From the NCBI GenBank assembly GCA_001600695.1, contig BCKQ01000002.1, positions 422,890 to 486,889 of the forward strand: DNA of 64,000 bases, in the 5' to 3' direction. Below the pieces are notes generated by a model that was given only the letters and a program-made list of their open reading frames with translations, was not told where the DNA came from and did not search any database. Below, in pieces: positions 58,365 through 64,000 of the stretch (positions within the stretch are counted from its first letter, which is position 1; the number at the start of each line of letters is the position of its first letter). Source of the DNA: Ascoidea asiatica JCM 7603 (taxonomy: Eukaryota; Fungi; Ascomycota). The position numbers and the translations under genes are program-made.

Positions 58365-60629
58365 TCATACACCTAAAACTGATGAAAAAAATTTTCCAAT
58401 ATAAGTTTGTCGTTTAGGTTTGGGTTTTTGGTACATTGCTAATCTTTGACTGTTTAAATTATTACTTACAATTTCTGACAAACAATCTCTATCTAAAGGT
58501 TTATTTACTCTTGATTTTATTGAAGATTTGGATAACATTGTATTGGAATTAATATTTGAATAAATGTTTGAGTTAAAATCATTATTTGATGTTCTTAATG
58601 TTGATAAATAATGATTAATTGAAGATAACTTATCAATATTTTGAGGAAGAGGTTTTGAATCAAAACATGATATATTAGATTTAGGCGATTGTAGATGATT
58701 ATCTTCTAATTCATCATCAGATGGATCCATCCAATTTGTATTTTTTTCCAATTTCAAAGAATGAAAAGATCCTGTATCGAAATTTTGACTTGATCTGAAA
58801 GATTTCATTTTATGTAAAATAGGTGAAGTTTTTTCTTTATATTTTGAATTAAGATAAGTTTTAGATGAATTGTTTTGGTTAATTTTATTATAAGGTTTCT
58901 GAGATAGATTATTTTCAAATTTTTTATAACGGGTATTTTCCAAATTTTCATTAAAATTTTTAAAAAGTTTATTATCTATAAGGTTATTATTATTATTTAT
59001 TCTGGTCATATAAGATGAATCAGTAAGAGAAGTAATTGAATATTTATTTTTATTGATAGAATTGGATATGGGTAAAGATTCATTATCAGATATTATATCT
59101 AAAACAGAATCTAAAGAATCATCATCTTCAATATTTTTGAAAACTTTTTGATAATTATTTTTATATATATTTGAGTCATTATTATTTTGAAGATTATCAA
59201 AATTAGAAAAAGAAGGTAAAATTTGATTTTTTGGAGTTTTCAATTGAGTATATGAAGAACGTTGAGATAAACCAGAATGAAAATTATCATTTATATTATT
59301 TAAATTTATTGTTTTTATTGGGCTTTGTAATTGAAGGGATTTAGCTCTTTGATGTGATATTGAATGAGAATTAGAATTATAAACAGAATTGGTTTTTGGT
59401 ATTGAGATTGGATTAAAATTACTACCTGATTTTTTAATCAGATCCAGTGGAATTTGATATTCTGGAGAACGTTTTTTATTATAAAAATTATTATCTATAT
59501 TTGTTGAATTTAAAGAATTATAGGAAATTTTATTTAATAATTTTCTTGGAGTATTATTTGAGAAATCTGAATTATTTTGTTTAATAATTACAGGACTATT
59601 AATTGGAGAGAAATTAGATGAACCCGATTTCAAACATAAAGTCATCACGCCCAATTGAAGAGCTTTTTCAAATTCATTTTCATCAGACTTAAGTTCTTGT
59701 TCAAGTTCTTGTTCAAGATCATATTCTGGTTTTGGTTTAAATTTAAGTTCAGCCTGAGGTTCAAGCTCAATTTGATTTATAATTATAGGAGATTGAGATT
59801 TTTTTTTAATTATATTATTTTGATTTGAATTGAAATTTTCTGAGGACATATCTATTAAAGAAGTATAATTATTAAATAAATTCTTTAGAGTAGCTATTTC
59901 ATTATTTGAATCAATAGAATTGAATTCAATTTTCCAAAATCTTTCTGGATTCAAAAGTATTAATAAAAAAAAATTATTTAATTTAAAAACTTTTAAATTT
60001 TTAGAAAGTTTATAAGAATAATTTAAATTTAAATTTTGATTATTATTAAAAGTCATGATTATATAATCATTTGAATTTTTAAGTGAAATATATTTATAAA
60101 AATTGAGTGAACCATTTTTAAGTAAAACTTTTGAAATTTTTGAATCTAATTGAGTTATAGAAAATGAATCATAAGATAAAATATTTATATTATTGAGTGA
60201 GTAAATTAATTTAGAAGTTTCACTTTCATTTTTATTATTCTTGTCAAAATTATTATCATCATTAATATTATTATTATCTAGATTATTTTGGTTATTAGTT
60301 TGTTCAGTTTGTTGAGTTTCTTGATTTATATTTGTTCTTAAAGTTTTTTTAATATTTTCATATTCGTTTAATACATCATTTATGCTTTTATGTAAATTTA
60401 AATCATTTTTTTGATTATCATTATTGATTTCCAAATTATTTGATGAATTAGAAATTGAATTGATTGAATTTATTGTTTTAATATTTTCTATTGATTGATC
60501 TTTATTTATTGAATTTTTAATATTTTTATTATTAGATTTTATAGATTTATTATTTTTTTTTTTATTTGATTTAAATTTCAATCTTGTTGATTTAAATTTT
60601 TCTTTCAGCGATAATGTTTCATTATTCAT
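58365..60629 (-). CDS. INP1: Peroxisome inheritance protein Inp1-like
   Basis: Basic N-terminus and NPERFWKIEF motif. Convergent with TOM40, as YMR203W/YMR204C are in S. cerevisiae. Confidence 0.75.
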   Translation of the reverse strand: MNNETLSLKEKFKSTRLKFKSNKKKNNKSIKSNNKNIKNSINKDQSIENIKTINSINSISNSSNNLEINNDNQKNDLNLHKSINDVLNEYENIKKTLRTNINQETQQTEQTNNQNNLDNNNINDDNNFDKNNKNESETSKLIYSLNNINILSYDSFSITQLDSKISKVLLKNGSLNFYKYISLKNSNDYIIMTFNNNQNLNLNYSYKLSKNLKVFKLNNFFLLILLNPERFWKIEFNSIDSNNEIATLKNLFNNYTSLIDMSSENFNSNQNNIIKKKSQSPIIINQIELEPQAELKFKPKPEYDLEQELEQELKSDENEFEKALQLGVMTLCLKSGSSNFSPINSPVIIKQNNSDFSNNTPRKLLNKISYNSLNSTNIDNNFYNKKRSPEYQIPLDLIKKSGSNFNPISIPKTNSVYNSNSHSISHQRAKSLQLQSPIKTINLNNINDNFHSGLSQRSSYTQLKTPKNQILPSFSNFDNLQNNNDSNIYKNNYQKVFKNIEDDDSLDSVLDIISDNESLPISNSINKNKYSITSLTDSSYMTRINNNNNLIDNKLFKNFNENLENTRYKKFENNLSQKPYNKINQNNSSKTYLNSKYKEKTSPILHKMKSFRSSQNFDTGSFHSLKLEKNTNWMDPSDDELEDNHLQSPKSNISCFDSKPLPQNIDKLSSINHYLSTLRTSNNDFNSNIYSNINSNTMLSKSSIKSRVNKPLDRDCLSEIVSNNLNSQRLAMYQKPKPKRQTYIGKFFSSVLGV

Positions 60630-61115
60630 TATTCATAGATAATATGATATATTAATGGATTGATATTATTTAACAATTACTTTACTTAAAAAGCAACTAT
60701 TCCACTATTACTTATTTATTTGATTGATTATTTTGTTTGTTTATAAATTTCTGCCAATATCTGAAGCTTTGAGTATTTAAAGGTTTAAAGCTTTAATGGC
60801 GTGGTTGTATAAATACGGTAACGATCGCTTGTATTTACAGTGTTGATATGGAATATATTTGATGTGTTTCTGTGGATAGTGGATCTGGAACCGAGACCAT
60901 ATTTGAGGGTGTTCTGGAGATTACCTCGTGACTAAAAACAATGCTCTATATTTATTGCAGTGGCAAGAGCATTTAGAATTTAGTATTTAGTATTTAGTAT
61001 TTGATAATAAATAATAAATAATGATTAATGAATAAATTAATAGAGAATAAAGAATAAATAAACAGAAGTTTTTGAATAGAATAATAGGAATAAGAATAAG
61101 AATAGATTGAATAAA

Positions 61116-61937
61116 ATGGAAGAAAGTTTAAATGGATCAATATTAATCATACCAAGTGTTACAATTGGTAATATACCTCAATTAACAATTGATTTATTGA
61201 TTACCAATTTATCAATGAAAAAAATTGGTAAAATTAATTCAAATTATGTTTATCCATTCATTTCAGGAAATGATTCATATAAAATCAATGATAATGATAA
61301 TGATAATAATACAGAATTGAGTAATGAAATAAATAATGGAATATCTGAAAGTATTGAAATTTTTCATTCCAAAATTTTTAAAATTTCAGTTATTCAACAA
61401 AGATCACCAATATTACCAAATTTCACAATAAATTTCACAAAAGATATAATTAATTTTATAAAATTTTATAAATTTAAAAATATTATATTATTATCATCAT
61501 CATCTCCATCTTCACCATTAATTTCTCAATTATCAAATTATAAATCATTATTAAATAATAATTTATCAATAAATTTAGATACTACAATGAAAGATAATTT
61601 TTTAAATATTGATAATATAAATAAATTTAATTTAAATTTAAATGAAAGTGAAAGTTTTATAAATAAAATTCAAATATCATTATTTATTAAAACATTTATC
61701 AAAGAAATTGAAAAAATTGATGATAATCATTCAAAGAATATTAATTTATTATTAACATTTGTTTATGAAGGTGATAATTTTCAAGATGCAATAAATTTTT
61801 ATCAAAAGTTGATAAAATACTTGAATTTAAAAGAAGAAAATAAAAATAGTTTTGAAATTGTTCATAAACCAAAGTCATGGTCTGGAGTTTATGGGGACAG
61901 ACCACTTCCATTATCTCTAGAAGATGGAATTTATTGA
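61116..61937 (+). CDS. ADD66: Proteasome assembly chaperone 2 (Pba2/Add66)
   Basis: IPSVTIGNIPQLTIDLL, QQRSP, FVYEGDN and PKSWSGVYG. The ATG at 61116 is more likely than the TTG at 61107. Confidence 0.85.
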   Translation: MEESLNGSILIIPSVTIGNIPQLTIDLLITNLSMKKIGKINSNYVYPFISGNDSYKINDNDNDNNTELSNEINNGISESIEIFHSKIFKISVIQQRSPILPNFTINFTKDIINFIKFYKFKNIILLSSSSPSSPLISQLSNYKSLLNNNLSINLDTTMKDNFLNIDNINKFNLNLNESESFINKIQISLFIKTFIKEIEKIDDNHSKNINLLLTFVYEGDNFQDAINFYQKLIKYLNLKEENKNSFEIVHKPKSWSGVYGDRPLPLSLEDGIY

Positions 61938-62621
61938 AATCAGAAGAAGCTGTTACTCCTTGTTACTCCAACTAAATTAGTTTCTGTCATAGGCAATTAT
62001 AATTATAATCATAATCAAATCCACTCAATAGTAACTAAATAGCGTAGTAACTTAATAACTTAATAACTTAGCAACAACGTAAACAACCACAGAAAAGTCA
62101 TGTGAAAAAACGGGGTTAAAGTGGGATCATTTTCAGCAGACCCACAGTGCTGGGTTCTTTTCTTACTAGTATAACATATCACGTGATATGAACTTTATTC
62201 GGCTATCGGCTGCTTGCTTGCCTCGGCTCCACAGTTGCTTAACAACTGCCAAATTTTCTCTGAGCTGAATAAACATGATAATATTAATACTAAATACAGC
62301 TTAATATATCAATAACAATACTAAATACGTATGAGTGAATATGAATAAAGATGAAGAAATTTGTATTATTAAGCTCTATTTATTTTAGGTTGCCTTTTTA
62401 GGATAATGGGGAAAAAAGATTTCTCCTTTCTTTCTTGGGTTAGAAGGTTTTTTCCATTTAATTGAATGCTGAGTTGAACACTTGCAACCTAAGTGAATAT
62501 TAAGTCAAATAAATGAAAGTTTTTTCTATTTGGTTATTTTTGCTATTTTGTTGTGTTCAATTACTGAAATTATCTTAAATTATTCATATTTCAAAATCAT
62601 TTATAGAATGAATTCAAAAGC

Positions 62622-62628
62622 TCGTATA
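62622..62628 (+). promoter_or_regulatory. Upc2/Ecm22 sterol/anaerobic response element upstream of the TIR gene
   Basis: TCGTATA, with a TATATAAA box near 62993-63000. TIR/DAN genes are Upc2 targets in S. cerevisiae. Confidence 0.4.
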
Positions 62629-63111
62629 GATTATCATTATTATTTTAATATTATTCGAATATTATTTGAATAATAATGAAATCTTACTCAAAAACAACAA
62701 TTCTATTATTTTAATACTTTTAAGATTATTCTTTTATTCGAGTAGCAATAATTAATCCATAAATATTAAAATCATAATATCATAAAAGCATATATTTATG
62801 AGAACATACAAACCTTATTTAACTATAATTATATATTATTGTAATTAACGAGCTAACTGTTTCATTAGCAATCTAAAAAATTAACCCTCTTTTTTATATT
62901 GCTAATAATAAACATAATCATTGAAATTAATTGAAAAAAACTTAACTGTTTTGAAATTTTTCAAATATTTCAGACATTACAAATTTTAAAATTATATAAA
63001 AGGATCACTTTCTACTTTTTATTTCTTTTGAATTCCTTTCTATCTTTCTCTTTTTTTTTCATGTTCATTATCTCAATTTTGTAAATTAAATAAGAAATAT
63101 ATATATTCCAA

Positions 63112-63142
<31 letters not shown>

Positions 63143-63185
63143 TCACTAAATTACTAAATCACTTAATTACTTAATTACTTTGAAA

Positions 63186-63815
63186 ATGAAATTTTTATCT
63201 CCTTTAATTATTGCTTTATTATCAATCAAAGCTACCGAAGCTGCAACTGCTGATGCAGTTACTGTTTTCTTTAATGATGCTAAATCTCATTTAACTGATT
63301 ATCTTTCTTTAGTTACTGAAAATTCAGTTCCATCTGATTTATTATCTTATTTTTATGCTGCTCAAACTTATACTGATGATAGTTATACAACTTTAATTAA
63401 TTCAGATTTTCCATTTTCTGAATTTACTTCATTTGTAACTGGTTTACCTTGGTATTCTTCTCGTTTAGCAACTCAATTGGCTTCTGCAAATGCTGCTTCT
63501 CAAACTAGTTCTGGTGCTGGTATTGCTGGTTCTTCCTCAGGTGCTGGTTCTTCCGGTTCTTCTAAAGCTGCTGTAGCTTCTTCAAGTCCTGCCATAACTT
63601 CTTCCGGTTCTGGCTCTTCTAAAAGTTCTTCAGCATCTTCTTCCAAATCAAGTTCTGAGTCAAGCTCTGAATCTGAATCAAGTTCTGGATCTGGGTCTGC
63701 TGCTTCTGCCTCTTCTTCATCATCCTCTTCCGAAGGTCTAGCTGCTGAAATCAATCCAAGAGCTGGTTTATTAGCTGTTCCTGTTATTTGTGTAGCTGCT
63801 CTTAATTTATTATAA
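63186..63815 (+). CDS. SRP1/TIP1 (TIR/DAN) family GPI cell-wall mannoprotein
   Basis: Signal peptide, TYTDDSYTTL and LPWYSSRL signatures, Ser/Ala-rich stalk and hydrophobic GPI tail. ATG at 63186. Confidence 0.92.
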   Translation: MKFLSPLIIALLSIKATEAATADAVTVFFNDAKSHLTDYLSLVTENSVPSDLLSYFYAAQTYTDDSYTTLINSDFPFSEFTSFVTGLPWYSSRLATQLASANAASQTSSGAGIAGSSSGAGSSGSSKAAVASSSPAITSSGSGSSKSSSASSSKSSSESSSESESSSGSGSAASASSSSSSSEGLAAEINPRAGLLAVPVICVAALNLL

Positions 63816-64000
63816 GTTTTTTAAAGAAAACTTTATACCTTTTACTCAATGCTTTAATTTTTTTTCTATTTAATAATTCTTATTTTCAAAATGTTTGTAA
63901 TATTAGTTTGTCAACTTTTAAATTAACAATTCAAGTTTTTTATCTTTGTAGTTCTTAATTTTTTTTTTTTTTCACCTCTTTTTTTTAATCTTGTTTTTGT

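Noticed and set aside
61926-61937. Pba2 ends GIY* without the final HbYX residue; readthrough considered
   Set aside because: PAC2-family C-termini vary and the TGA-A context is not a readthrough motif.
1-64000. CRISPR arrays, tRNAs, rRNAs, LTR or DNA transposons
   Set aside because: No repeat-spacer pattern, cloverleaf or box A/B, rRNA signature or transposase/RT motif was seen. The repeats are simple slippage-type tandems.

Overview
Eukaryotic nuclear DNA from an extremely AT-rich budding yeast (Saccharomycotina; an Ascoidea-like lineage is only a guess). It is not prokaryotic. I saw no CRISPR array, tRNA, rRNA or intact transposon. There are about 27 protein genes: PEX6 (3' end), a truncated CIK1/VIK1, YAH1, VTI1, GYP5, TEF1, MNN10-like, RED1-like, RPS28, RPL34, RLI1, PAC10, RPL18, SEC22, a class III sirtuin, LPD1, MIX17, CSI2-like, CYM1, ERV25, ACH1, a Pac2-type WOPR factor, a Cln1/2-type cyclin, MED9, ATG3, TOM40, INP1, ADD66/PAC2 and a TIR/SRP1 mannoprotein. 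Five genes have spliceosomal introns that the ORF track missed (7 introns, including a 16-nt microexon in PAC10). Main leads: (1) a Kar3 partner that stops at the neck and lacks its motor-homology domain; (2) a Red1-like protein with two AT-hooks; (3) an A23 tract just before the catalytic domain of a mannosyltransferase; (4) a 10-bp-phased array of WOPR-like sites upstream of the WOPR gene; (5) intergenic islands far richer in GC than the genes, two of which may fold into ncRNAs; (6) a structured RPL18 intron; (7) a splice-gated uAUG leader on TOM40; (8) a Med9 with an acidic tail. Homology and synteny statements come from memory, not from searches.
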